64,000 nt of DNA, taken from the NCBI GenBank assembly GCA_965224705.1, contig OZ245056.1, positions 352,001 to 416,000 on the forward strand. Direction: 5' to 3'. The notes below the pieces were generated by a model, which was not told where the DNA came from, searched no databases, and was given only the letters and a program-made list of their open reading frames with translations. The position numbers and the translations under genes are program-made. Below, one piece after another: positions 31,071-41,216 of this stretch; the first letter of the stretch is position 1, and each line of letters starts with the position of its first letter. This DNA comes from Spirochaetaceae bacterium (GTDB lineage Bacteria > Spirochaetota > Spirochaetia > DSM-2461).

Positions 31071-33440
31071 TCATTTATTCTTACTGGAATTGCTCTCTTC
31101 CATGTTTTGCAAACTCAGCGCATTATGGCATTTTGGAAACCCGGTGCAGGCTAGAAATGGTCCCCGACGGCTTAATCGCACTATCATCGGTCTACTGCAC
31201 TTCTCACACTTAACTCCACCAGCTTTAGGCAGGTCAATAACGACACCATCTTTGACCGGCAACTCTCGTCTGCAATCCTCATCAGAGCAAACCATCACCG
31301 GACCGCGCCGTTTAGATTTTATTTCCATGGGAGTGCCGCATTCATCACAGTCCATCGTAATATCCGGCAGGAAAACGGCCTGTCCATCAGCTCCAAGATT
31401 GGCTGTGTTTGAGCAATCCGGATAGCCGCTGCAAGCATAAAATTTCCCGTAGCGACTGGATTTCAGCAGCATGGTTTTCCCACATTTCGGACAAACTACA
31501 GGTTCCCCATCGGTCTCGCCATCGTCTGAACCTTCTCCAGGCAGAGGTATCAACCCCTTGCACTCCGGGAAGTCGGAACAACCAAGAAAGGCTCCTGTTC
31601 GGGAGTATCGGTAGACTAAGAATTTTCCACAAACAGGACAGGTTTCGCTGCCACCCCATTTACGCCCTTTGAGAGGTATGGCATTCTCAACCGCTGCTTC
31701 TACCCGCGGGGCGAAACTCCTGTAGAAATCCGCAAGAAGTTTGTGCCAGTCGACAGTTCCTTCTTCCACTGCATCCAGGTTGTTCTCCATGTCAGCTGTG
31801 AAATGGTAATCCAGAATGTCAGGGAATTCGGTCAGGAGAATACTGTTTACCGTGATACCCAGTTCATTGGCATAGAATATCCGTTTTTCAAGGCGGACAT
31901 AGCCACGATCCCGGATTGTTTGAATGATGGAAGCATAGGTAGAAGGTCTTCCAATACCTTCCTTTTCAAGGGTTTTAACAAGACTGGCTTCTGTAAAGCG
32001 AGGTGGTGGCTTTGTCCACTTCTGTTCTGTGGTCAGTTTGTCCAGAGTGAGGTGAGTCTGGATATCCATGGTTGGAAGATTCTGGTACTCTTCCCTGGAC
32101 TTTTTTGCTTCAGGGACAAGGACTGTAAATCCTTCAAACAGTGTTATGCGGCCTGAAGCTTCCAGAATACCATGATCGGCTGCCACTTTGATTGTTGTAA
32201 CTGCGTACCGGGCATCTTTCATCTGGGAAGCCACTGCCCGGATCCAGATCATGTTATACATTTTATATTGTTCCTGGGTGAGGTAGGGTTTGACTGAGTC
32301 TGGAGTGTACTGGACGGAAGTTGGTCTGATACCTTCGTGAGCATCTTGAATTCTTGCACCTTTTTTTGCCTTATTTCCATACAGGCGAGGTTGATCGGGC
32401 AGTTTATCGGGAAATCTCTCTCCAATCCAATTCCGAATATCACTCACGGCCTCAGGATCAAGGCGGGGTGAGTCCGTTCTCATATATGTAATGAGTCCGA
32501 CAGGTCCCTCAGCCAGTTCTATTCCTTCATAGAGTTGTTGTGCAATCTGCATGGTACGGCGAGTCCCAAAACGTAGTTGACTGGATGCAGCCTGCTGGAG
32601 GGTACTGGTAATAAATGGTAGTGGTGGTTTGCTTGATGAGTTCTTGCTGATCATGTCCACGATACGGAAATCAGCAGCTTTGAGAGCTGTTTCTACTTCA
32701 CGGGCTTTCTCCTCAGACGATGAATACTTTCCATTCAAAGCAAATTTTTCGCCTTTCCATGAAACAAGAACAGCCTTAAATGGAGTTGAATCTTCGCTTC
32801 CGGCATGGAGCTGAGCAGTTATTTTCCAGAACTCCGTCGTTTGAAAGGCAGCAATTTCCTGTTCTTTTTCTACAATCAGGCGAACGGCTACCGATTGAAC
32901 CCGGCCCGCAGAGAGTTTTTTCGCGACTTTTTTCCATAAGAATGGTGAAAGGCTGAAACCTACAATACGGTCTAAAACCCGACGGCCCTTTTGTGCTCCT
33001 ACAAGATTCATATCAATACCCCGAGGATTTTTTATTGCTTCAGTAACGGCTTTTTTCGTGATGGACGGGCAGGTGATTCTTTTTACTTTGCTGTCACTCA
33101 GTTTCAGGGCTTCCTTGAGATGCCAGGCGATGGCCTCTCCTTCCCTATCAGGGTCGGGAGCAAGATACACCTCAGCGGCTTTATCCGTGGCGGACTTCAG
33201 TTCTGCTACTGTCTTCTTTTTCCCCGGGAGTACAATATAATGGGGCTCAAACCCATTGTCAAAATCGATGCCGAACGCATCTTTACCCCGGCCTTTTGAA
33301 TCTATGTCTCTGATATGTCCCACTGAAGCTTTGACCTGATACCCTCGGCCAAGCATCTTTTTAATCGTTTTAGCTTTTGCCGGACTTTCTACTATAATCA
33401 GATTCTGTGCAGTTGTTTTCCTGGTTGTTTTTGATGGCAT
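31071..33440 (-). CDS. topA: DNA topoisomerase I with four C-terminal zinc ribbons
   Basis: IVESPAKAKTI, DPDREGEAI, SAGRVQS, ITYMRTDS, GIGRPSTY; four C4 repeats. Confidence 0.97.
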   Translation of the reverse strand: MPSKTTRKTTAQNLIIVESPAKAKTIKKMLGRGYQVKASVGHIRDIDSKGRGKDAFGIDFDNGFEPHYIVLPGKKKTVAELKSATDKAAEVYLAPDPDREGEAIAWHLKEALKLSDSKVKRITCPSITKKAVTEAIKNPRGIDMNLVGAQKGRRVLDRIVGFSLSPFLWKKVAKKLSAGRVQSVAVRLIVEKEQEIAAFQTTEFWKITAQLHAGSEDSTPFKAVLVSWKGEKFALNGKYSSSEEKAREVETALKAADFRIVDMISKNSSSKPPLPFITSTLQQAASSQLRFGTRRTMQIAQQLYEGIELAEGPVGLITYMRTDSPRLDPEAVSDIRNWIGERFPDKLPDQPRLYGNKAKKGARIQDAHEGIRPTSVQYTPDSVKPYLTQEQYKMYNMIWIRAVASQMKDARYAVTTIKVAADHGILEASGRITLFEGFTVLVPEAKKSREEYQNLPTMDIQTHLTLDKLTTEQKWTKPPPRFTEASLVKTLEKEGIGRPSTYASIIQTIRDRGYVRLEKRIFYANELGITVNSILLTEFPDILDYHFTADMENNLDAVEEGTVDWHKLLADFYRSFAPRVEAAVENAIPLKGRKWGGSETCPVCGKFLVYRYSRTGAFLGCSDFPECKGLIPLPGEGSDDGETDGEPVVCPKCGKTMLLKSSRYGKFYACSGYPDCSNTANLGADGQAVFLPDITMDCDECGTPMEIKSKRRGPVMVCSDEDCRRELPVKDGVVIDLPKAGGVKCEKCSRPMIVRLSRRGPFLACTGFPKCHNALSLQNMEESNSSKNK

Positions 33441-33549
33441 ATCTTCTCCTGTTCAATTTGTGCTTTGTGCCGAATAACATGAATTACTAAAACAATCAAG
33501 ACTACATCCAGGCATTTTCATTTCTTTCCAATTTCAATATACTTGCGCC

Positions 33550-35070
33550 ATGAGGAAAAAGTACCTGAAGGAATTGCTATCGAAAGTTGAAGACATAACA
33601 GTAAGAGGTACAGCCAATCCCTGTGTCAAGTCAATGGCCTATGATTCACGTGACGTGAAAAAGGATGGTTTGTTTTTTGCTCTTAAGGGTCTTCATGTCG
33701 ATGGACATGAACATATCGATGAGGCTGTACAGGCTGGTGCTTCTGTTATAGTTCATTCCAATTATATTGAATCCAGAAAAAGAGATATAACCTATGTCCG
33801 TGTGCCTGATACCCGTGTGGTCATGTCACCTATATCGGCAGCTTTCTGGGATTACCCATCCAGAAAACTAACCGTTATCGGGGTAACAGGGACTGATGGA
33901 AAAAGTACCACTGTCAGTCTGATCCGCCAGCTTCTGGAATTTTCTGGATCTTCAGCGGGAAGTCTGTCTACAGTTGATTTCACTATTGGGGGGAAAACCC
34001 GGGACAATTTTTTCAGACAATCCACTCCTGAGGCCGTACTGATCCACAAGTTTCTAAATGATATGCTTGAGGCTGACCAAAAATTTGCTGTCCTGGAAGC
34101 CACGAGTCATGGCCTTTCCCCCAAAAATAGTCGATTAGAAGATGTTGATTTTGATGTTGCAGTCTTAACCAATATTTCCAGTGAACATCTGGATTTTCAT
34201 GGAGACCTGGAGACCTATAGAAATGACAAATCCAGGCTGTTTAAGATGATTGCTGGCTCTGGAAATCTTGATGCTTTCGGCGTCGTGAATGCCGATGACT
34301 TTTACTCCGAATTGTTTATTACCTCAGCAGGTGAAAAACCAGTTTTTACCTACAGTCTTCGTGACAAAGACGCAGATCTTCATGTTTCTGATGTTCAACC
34401 TGATCCAGCGGGAACATCGTTCATTCTGCATACACCCTTTGGTCACTCAAAAGCACGGATAAATTTACCTGGAATTTTTAACCTGGAGAATTTTCTTGCG
34501 GCTCTCTGTTCTGTGTCTGAACTACAGGAAATTGATCCCCTTGATTTCATTGACTGCTTACCAAAGCTGACTGGAGTAACAGGACGGATGAAAACATTGG
34601 TCGGCAATATGGATTATAATGTTATGGTTGACTATGCTCATTCTCCCGGCAGTTTTTTGAAATTGCTTCCTTTCTTGAAGAATCTCACCTCTGGAAGACT
34701 CATGGTCGTTTTTGGTTCCGCAGGGGAGAGAGACAGAGAAAAACGTCCTGAACTGGGTAGAATTGCCTCTGATTATGGGGACATCCTGTTTCTTACCGAT
34801 GAAGATCCCCGGGGGGAAGATTCCATGAGTATCATCAATGATATTGCAGGAGGGGTGAAAGGTAAAACTCAGGGAGAAGATCTGTTTTTGATTTCTGATC
34901 GGCGGGAAGCCATCAGGAAATCTCTAAGTATGGCCAGTCAGGGAGATCTCATAGTGACTCTTGGAAAAGGTCATGAAAAATCCATCGTATACGCCTCTGG
35001 GCCGCAGCCCTGGGATGAATTTCAGATTTGCAGAGAAATTTTGCAGGAATTGGGTTATGAAGCTGGATAG
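33550..35070 (+). CDS. murE: UDP-N-acetylmuramoyl-dipeptide--diamino acid ligase
   Basis: GVTGTDGKST, STPE, EHLDFHG, VDYAHSP, TDEDPR, GKGHE. Confidence 0.93.
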   Translation: MRKKYLKELLSKVEDITVRGTANPCVKSMAYDSRDVKKDGLFFALKGLHVDGHEHIDEAVQAGASVIVHSNYIESRKRDITYVRVPDTRVVMSPISAAFWDYPSRKLTVIGVTGTDGKSTTVSLIRQLLEFSGSSAGSLSTVDFTIGGKTRDNFFRQSTPEAVLIHKFLNDMLEADQKFAVLEATSHGLSPKNSRLEDVDFDVAVLTNISSEHLDFHGDLETYRNDKSRLFKMIAGSGNLDAFGVVNADDFYSELFITSAGEKPVFTYSLRDKDADLHVSDVQPDPAGTSFILHTPFGHSKARINLPGIFNLENFLAALCSVSELQEIDPLDFIDCLPKLTGVTGRMKTLVGNMDYNVMVDYAHSPGSFLKLLPFLKNLTSGRLMVVFGSAGERDREKRPELGRIASDYGDILFLTDEDPRGEDSMSIINDIAGGVKGKTQGEDLFLISDRREAIRKSLSMASQGDLIVTLGKGHEKSIVYASGPQPWDEFQICREILQELGYEAG

Positions 35071-35075
35071 GTTGG

Positions 35076-35516
35076 TTACATTATTTTTCTTACAACGAAC
35101 GATACGGCCATTCCTATAAACAACCCGGCAAAAACCTGGGGGTAGGTATGCCCCAGAAGGGTTTTCAGGGCTTCAGGCCGTGATCGCTCATCAAAAAGAT
35201 GGGAAAATTCTGATAACAGCTCGTTGAGGATTTCAGCATGACGGCCGGCTGCTCTTCGGATACCTGTTGCATCGTATATGACGATAACACCGTATACAAT
35301 GGAAATAGCAAACAATGGATTGTCTCCTCCATAGTGCAGAAAGCTTGATGTGCAGAGAGCAGCCACTGTCGCTGAGTGAGCGGAGGGCATACCCCCTGTT
35401 TCTGCCATGCGTTTGGGTGCCCATCGGCGTTCAGTCAGAATGATAATGAGAACCTTTGTCAGCTGTGCAATGGCCATTGCTATGAAAGATGACACGATCA
35501 GGGGGTTTGTCAGCAA
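35076..35516 (-). CDS. Divergent PAP2 family membrane protein (DUF212)
   Basis: TGGMPSAHSA, YDATGIRRAAG, LLGHT. Confidence 0.9.
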   Translation of the reverse strand: MLTNPLIVSSFIAMAIAQLTKVLIIILTERRWAPKRMAETGGMPSAHSATVAALCTSSFLHYGGDNPLFAISIVYGVIVIYDATGIRRAAGRHAEILNELLSEFSHLFDERSRPEALKTLLGHTYPQVFAGLFIGMAVSFVVRKIM

Positions 35517-35571
35517 AAATGGACTCCTTACGTTTGCTATCTTAGTATGACTTTACAGCTGATGAAAAGGT

Positions 35572-36534
35572 CTACTCTCTTCTGGGCATACTGACATCAG
35601 ATTCCACCATAGCGGCAAAATGCTCCAGCCATGGAGGCATCTCAGGACCCTTTACTCCTGATATCTCAGTTCGATTATATCGTCTGCCAACAAGGGGAGT
35701 TAAGTCCCATTCATTATCCATGGAAATTCCGGCGATTTGCCCTGATCTTATTTCACACTTCAGTACTTTGCCATGGGAATCTGGGAGTTGATCAAAATAC
35801 TCGGTAAAAGGAGGCGTTTTATTCCATGTCCATTCCTGTGACTCCAGTCTGTCCAGAGCCATCTGGCAGGACCTGTCATGCATGAAATCGTCCGGATTTA
35901 TCGGATACGCAAATTTATTACCGGACCATTCTTCGGCGATAGCTTTAACGACATCCCGTATTTTTAATCCAGGCTGGATATCTGCAAGATTCGCAACGGG
36001 AGATCTTTTCGAAACAACACCCCTTCCTTGAATGCTTCGTGGAGGGACGTCAAGAAGATTCTTCATGGTATGCAGATCGGCACTCACCAGAATAGTTGCA
36101 TGATGGAGGCTGCCATGTGAAACCTGCCGGAAAGCACTTCCGCTTATTTTCTTTCCCATACCTGAATCTTCAATAGTGAGATCGTATCGATCATTCATAT
36201 CGATATTCAGACCAAGAGTTCCCAATGCCTTGATCATTTTCTTGAGAGTGCCTTCCTTTGAAGGGATTGGGACTGGTGTTATTAATGACCAGTTGAGGTT
36301 ACCAGGTCCATGAACGACCGTCCCCCCACCTGAGATCCTCCGGAATATGGGAATTCCCATCTGCCTGGCCAACCCCGTCCGACATTCCCTCCATGGATTC
36401 TGGCAGCGTCCAATCACGATGGCTGGATTGTTTTCGTAAAGTAGAAGTATGGGTCTTTCCAAATTGAACAGCAAGGATTCTTCCAGTGCAAGATTGTTCC
36501 GTGCATCATTGGAAGTAGAGAGATAAACATCCAT
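35572..36534 (-). CDS. lplA: Lipoate-protein ligase A family
   Basis: NLALEE, IGRCQNPW, RRISGGGTV, KKISGSA, HHATIL. Confidence 0.88.
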   Translation of the reverse strand: MDVYLSTSNDARNNLALEESLLFNLERPILLLYENNPAIVIGRCQNPWRECRTGLARQMGIPIFRRISGGGTVVHGPGNLNWSLITPVPIPSKEGTLKKMIKALGTLGLNIDMNDRYDLTIEDSGMGKKISGSAFRQVSHGSLHHATILVSADLHTMKNLLDVPPRSIQGRGVVSKRSPVANLADIQPGLKIRDVVKAIAEEWSGNKFAYPINPDDFMHDRSCQMALDRLESQEWTWNKTPPFTEYFDQLPDSHGKVLKCEIRSGQIAGISMDNEWDLTPLVGRRYNRTEISGVKGPEMPPWLEHFAAMVESDVSMPRRE

Positions 36535-36536
36535 GT

Positions 36537-37343
36537 TTAAAATGGTTTGATTCTTCGGGCAATGACTCGAAAAAGCCAGGGTATGCAGTTATGCAGAAAC
36601 AGCATTACTCTTTCTCTGCCTCCAATAACCACATTATATCGTCTTCCAAGAACAGATCGCCAGTATTTCTTTGCACAGAGATGAGGATCCATTCCTTTTT
36701 CCTGCCCCCTGTCCATTACTGCATGCCGTTGACCCTGACCATCCAGAGAGTTATGGCTGATCATTGTTCGAATACGGCCGGGAAGGACAAGAGTGACATG
36801 AATGTTCTTCGAGTGATATTCCAGAGCAAGCGTTTCGAAAAAACCATGCAGAGCATGCTTGCTGGCAGAATAGGCAGATCGCATTGGGAAACCAAATCGC
36901 CCCACTAGACTACTGGTTACACCGATGTGTCCTCCTCCAGCCTTCACCATTTCTGGTAAAACAATTCGGGTTATGGCTGCAGCCCCCAGAAAATTGACAG
37001 TCATAATTCTTTCAATAACGGAGAAATCCGTTTCGCCAACAAAAGAACGTTGAGAAATGCCCGCATTGAGAATCAAATACTCCGGGGTTCCAAAGTCAGT
37101 AAGAAAACTGCTCACTAAAGAAGCTGTTTCTGCAGTTTGAGAAAGGTTGATTGATGCATACTGCATGGATTCTGCACCTTTTTGAATGCAGATTTGTCCT
37201 GTTTCAGCCAGGGCTTCTTTTCGTGAGGAGAGGAGAAGCAGTGATGACCCAGCTTCAGCAGCAATGAATGCCAGTTCACGTCCAATTCCGGATGATGCAC
37301 CGGTAATCCAGACCAGTTTCCCTTTCAAAGATTTGTAGTTCAT
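36537..37343 (-). CDS. Short-chain dehydrogenase/reductase
   Basis: TGASSGIG, NAGISQR, YSASK. Confidence 0.92.
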   Translation of the reverse strand: MNYKSLKGKLVWITGASSGIGRELAFIAAEAGSSLLLLSSRKEALAETGQICIQKGAESMQYASINLSQTAETASLVSSFLTDFGTPEYLILNAGISQRSFVGETDFSVIERIMTVNFLGAAAITRIVLPEMVKAGGGHIGVTSSLVGRFGFPMRSAYSASKHALHGFFETLALEYHSKNIHVTLVLPGRIRTMISHNSLDGQGQRHAVMDRGQEKGMDPHLCAKKYWRSVLGRRYNVVIGGRERVMLFLHNCIPWLFRVIARRIKPF

Positions 37344-37388
37344 TCCTTACTTGTACTCTATTTTTTCTGAAAATTTAAGAAGTATTCA

Positions 37389-38642
37389 GTGTCAGAAAGC
37401 TTGTTAATGCAGCAAAAAACCCTGTCAGGCTCGTTATAACATAGTAAGAAAACAATTTATAAAGGAGTTTGACCATGCCATTCCCCCACTGCCCCAACCC
37501 GAAATGTATCCATTTCAGTGCCCCGAAGCAAAAAAACTGGTTTTCGATACATAGTTCCTACCACACAGAAGCATTTGGAACAGTCCAGCGCTACATCTGC
37601 AATGACTGCAAAAGAACCTTTTCCGCCCAGACTTTTTCAATCGATTACTATGCGAAAAAAGTCATCGACTACGAGGAACTTCTACAGCAGCTGGTGACCT
37701 CTTCCGGTGTGAATGACATCAGCCGTCACCTGGAGGTTTCTTCCGATACGATACAGAACCGATGCGAAAGATTGGCCCGTTCCGCCATGGCAATCCATGC
37801 CCGGCTGTTGAAAAAACTCCCCATGAGGGAATCCATGGCCGCAGATGGACTGGAGTCCTTTTCCTTCTCTCAATACTATCCCAACCACATCAACATCTTT
37901 GCCGGGAGTGAGTCCGAGTTCATCTATGAGACCGGGTTTGCCAATCTCAGGCGGAAAGGAAGAATGACTTCCCGTCAGAAATTGATCCGAAAAAAGCTGG
38001 AGGCCAGGGGCAGGGCGGATCCCGGGGCCATTGAGAAATCGGTGAGAAGTCTGACAGAAGATTTGATTCAATTTCTTATGAAGAAAAAGGTTGTGCATAA
38101 GCTGCTCTTCACGGATATGCACAGGGCATACACCCGGGCCTTTGCGAAAACCGAGCATTTTCTCCACTTCTTCATCCGGATCATGACATCTTCAAGGTTG
38201 GCCAGAACCATGGATAATCCGATGTTTCCTATTAACTACATTGACCGTCAGATCAGGAAAGATATTTCAGACCATGTCAGGGAGACGGTCAAGTTTGCCA
38301 AATCTCCCGCTGCGATGATGATACGATTTGTTCTTTATCGTCACTACCACAACTGCATGATTCCATGGCGGGTGAAGGAGGCCCGGAAGAAGAAGGACAC
38401 AACTCATGCTGAGAAGGCCGGGATCACCAGGAAGAAACTTCGCAAGGCAGTAGGCAGGTACTGGTTGAAGAGAGCCTTTTTGAGCAAGGTCAATCTGGGT
38501 GCGGCAGAGAAGAAGACCTGGTTGTGTGAGTGGCGTAATCCGGGAGTGGAATCCGGTCGTTATGATCCGCTGTATGTGAAGGTTTAGGATGGGATTGGAC
38601 TCCCGGGATGGGTTGAAGGAGGTTTTACAGGCTTTCTGACAC
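37389..38642 (+). mobile_element. Intact family A insertion sequence (1254 bp)
   Basis: TIRs GTGTCAGAAAGCTTGTTAA / TTTACAGGCTTTCTGACAC enclosing one ORF; partial copies at 2281 and 11448. Confidence 0.92.
37475..38587 (+). CDS. Transposase, IS1/IS1595-like (zinc ribbon, HTH, DDE-like core), single ORF
   Basis: CPNPKC...QRYICNDCKRTFS; HTH VNDISRHLEVSSDTI; AADGLES; FTDMHRAY; INYIDRQIR...RETVKFAKS; AAGGAG RBS. Confidence 0.8.
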   Translation: MPFPHCPNPKCIHFSAPKQKNWFSIHSSYHTEAFGTVQRYICNDCKRTFSAQTFSIDYYAKKVIDYEELLQQLVTSSGVNDISRHLEVSSDTIQNRCERLARSAMAIHARLLKKLPMRESMAADGLESFSFSQYYPNHINIFAGSESEFIYETGFANLRRKGRMTSRQKLIRKKLEARGRADPGAIEKSVRSLTEDLIQFLMKKKVVHKLLFTDMHRAYTRAFAKTEHFLHFFIRIMTSSRLARTMDNPMFPINYIDRQIRKDISDHVRETVKFAKSPAAMMIRFVLYRHYHNCMIPWRVKEARKKKDTTHAEKAGITRKKLRKAVGRYWLKRAFLSKVNLGAAEKKTWLCEWRNPGVESGRYDPLYVKV

Positions 38643-38821
38643 TGGGTATGTGCCTAAAAAGCCCATATAAAGATGGAAGCCGAAGTAGAGATTCACGCCC
38701 TGTATCTGCAATGCTCAAACGAACCGGTTTTCCCGAGCAGTGTTAAACAGGTGTTCAAAACTACGGGATCGTTCAGCCAGGGAAACAGCACAGAGCCCTG
38801 CCTCCAAGAAAGCAATATATA

Positions 38822-39039
38822 GTGTCAGGAAGCCTGTTAAAGGAAAGAATCGTTTCTTCAAAAAAATTAATATCCTATGAAACTGTAATTACAAAATATC
38901 TTGCCGGCGAACTGCTCATCATTCCAGATGAGTAGTTCGCCGATTCATAACTATCATGTGTATTGAACGACTATATCGGGCAAAGATCTTCATCTAATCG
39001 GATTTAAATGAAACCAGGGTATAACAAGCTTTCTGACAC
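38822..39039. mobile_element. Family A MITE, ~220-bp subtype (reverse orientation)
   Basis: Both TIRs present; internal 16-bp hairpin at 38905-38942. Confidence 0.9.
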
Positions 39040-39522
39040 TGTAAAAGCAATACGGCCGTCCCTTTGCCAATGGACGCTCTGTGAGGGAGTTCACCATTAT
39101 CCACCCGGCGGATTTCTCTGGGAATCAGATTGGAGAGAATTAAACCCGGTAAGCCTTGCAAAATGGCGGCTACGAGAGAATACACCAGGATCTGTAAGCT
39201 GACGAAGAACCTCACAAGCTCCTGTACTGAAATCCAGAAGGCTCTGTGGAGTTCTGGCGGGTTGAGTTCAACACAACCAGGCCGCACAAAAGCTGGCTAT
39301 GAAAACTCCGTGTGTACCGGAAGTCCGAAAGAGTGCAGTCTCTGAGCCGGTAAAAGGGATATCCGTTGTTCTCCAGAACACTGAAAATTTCCAGACACAG
39401 CTGTTTGAAACTGGATCGGCAGAAGAGTGACATCCACAGTGCCCTGCCCGGGTATACAGCAGGAATCAAGGATCTTACCGCCATGCAAAAAATCGATAGA
39501 CCGGCGATTAAGGCTGTAAAAA

Positions 39523-40287
39523 TCAGGATAATTTGGATGGATTCGCTTTAGAGATTAAAGCCCGAGCGAGGATTTCTGTCGGGTCAATGAGCGGGATATC
39601 GATATCGCCCTGTCGAAAAGCCAATGATATCTCAGTACACCCCATAATAACGGATTGTATTCTTTCCTTTTCTTGTAAGATATGAATGACTTCATGCAGC
39701 AATTTTACAGCCTTCTCCGATACAGGAGACGAAAATGCTTTTATTCCGAATTCCTTATCGTAAATGGCTCTATGAACTTTTTCCTTGTCCTCATCACACG
39801 GAAGCACAAGTCTGATTTCCGTATTCGATGCAAAAGCAGATTGGTAAATTCCCGATCCATATGTTCCCAATGTTGATAATAATCCAATTGATTTCGGTTT
39901 TCTAGGGTTTTCTTCTATGTTTTTTTTTGTTTCTTCAATCATATTGACAAGTTCTACATTCAGTCCTGCGTCTGCAATAAGGGAAAGAAGTCTATTGAAT
40001 ATCAGTGGACTGTGAGCTGTGTTACAGGGGATACCAACTATTCCGGCACCAATTTGGTTAAGCTTGCAAATAACATTGAAAATGGCCTTCGCCGGATTTT
40101 CAATGCTATCCTGATTATGGAGATACTCCGTCCTGTCCGTTATATACCTGGAGCAGGATAACAGATAGACTTCCAGGTGATCCTGATCGGTGATTGCTTT
40201 TGTGTTTTCAAATATTTTCCTGTTTAGATCAAGTCCTGCGAAGGGGCCGACTCCACCGACGATTCCTATGATACTTTCCGTGTTCAT
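39523..40287 (-). CDS. Aspartate/glutamate racemase family protein
   Basis: IGIVGGVGP, DQDH, IPCNTAH and MGCTEI (two catalytic cysteines). Confidence 0.9.
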   Translation of the reverse strand: MNTESIIGIVGGVGPFAGLDLNRKIFENTKAITDQDHLEVYLLSCSRYITDRTEYLHNQDSIENPAKAIFNVICKLNQIGAGIVGIPCNTAHSPLIFNRLLSLIADAGLNVELVNMIEETKKNIEENPRKPKSIGLLSTLGTYGSGIYQSAFASNTEIRLVLPCDEDKEKVHRAIYDKEFGIKAFSSPVSEKAVKLLHEVIHILQEKERIQSVIMGCTEISLAFRQGDIDIPLIDPTEILARALISKANPSKLS

Positions 40288-40451
40288 ATTTATCAGTTTA
40301 TCATTTAGTATGGAGGACGTAAACCACACGCATTACCATATAATCAGTCTGATTCTAAGAGAGGCAGAGAGTATCTGATGTATGCAATGAAACCATATTC
40401 TGGATTGTCAGGAATGGTTTAGCAGAGACACTGTTATGCTGATCATCCCAG

Positions 40452-40466
40452 GAGTCTGTCGGACTT
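40452..40466. repeat. Solo family B terminal repeat
   Basis: GAGTCTGTCGGACTT preceded by CCAG. Confidence 0.8.
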
Positions 40467-40754
40467 CCTAAACGATAAGAATATGTGTCGCAAGAATGGC
40501 AAAGGAAATGAATACAACTAAGAATCTCATGAGTATCATGACCCTATTGTCGACTCAACTGAAAATTTACCGAATACCTTTTCGAACTTTGCCACAATTT
40601 TGCCCGGATTGACCTCATACTCCCGATAGTATCAGAAGGAATGTGGTCCCCCCACCTGTGACTGCAATTCTCAACCTGAATCAAACAAATTTCATCACCG
40701 ACTTAGTCCAGTTTCAAGGAGTTAAATATGACCTCTTCCATTGCACCAGCCAAG

Positions 40755-40914
40755 GAGTCTGTCGGACTTACGTCTCACGGCTCGATTTTTGCCCTTCTCT
40801 CCTCCTGCTGCGTTGCCAAAATACTCACGCAGCCCAGTTGCGCTCCGTTTTGTCGCCTTGCATCAGGAGAAAATCATCAAAAATCGCCTTGAAGTCTCAA
40901 AGTCCGACAGGCTC
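40755..40914. mobile_element. Family B MITE
   Basis: Both TIRs; flanks CAAG/CCAG. Confidence 0.92.
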
Positions 40915-41216
40915 CCAGAATGCGGAGAGTTCAATGCCTTCAGGGGAAAAATGGTTTTATCCTCATGGAAGTACAAACAAGAGTCCTGTCGATGACGGAC
41001 TGGCATCTGTAGTCAGAACTGATTCTGAAACAATGGAGTCTTCAATGATAAGTTTGTCAGTGTCTCTTGTTCATTTGTTGAAAGCTGAACATGTTTCGGG
41101 CAGAAAACTGACCACGACATGGTTACCCAACATATAAAAGAGTACCATGAAGAGTCATGTGAGTTTTCATGAGGGAATTCCTGCCCGGTCATGCATTCGG
41201 TAGATGACGGGATCAC

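Noticed and set aside
38645..39520. Possible decayed gene or transposase around the 38822 MITE
   Set aside because: Only short ORFs with no motif I can assign confidently; needs a translated search.
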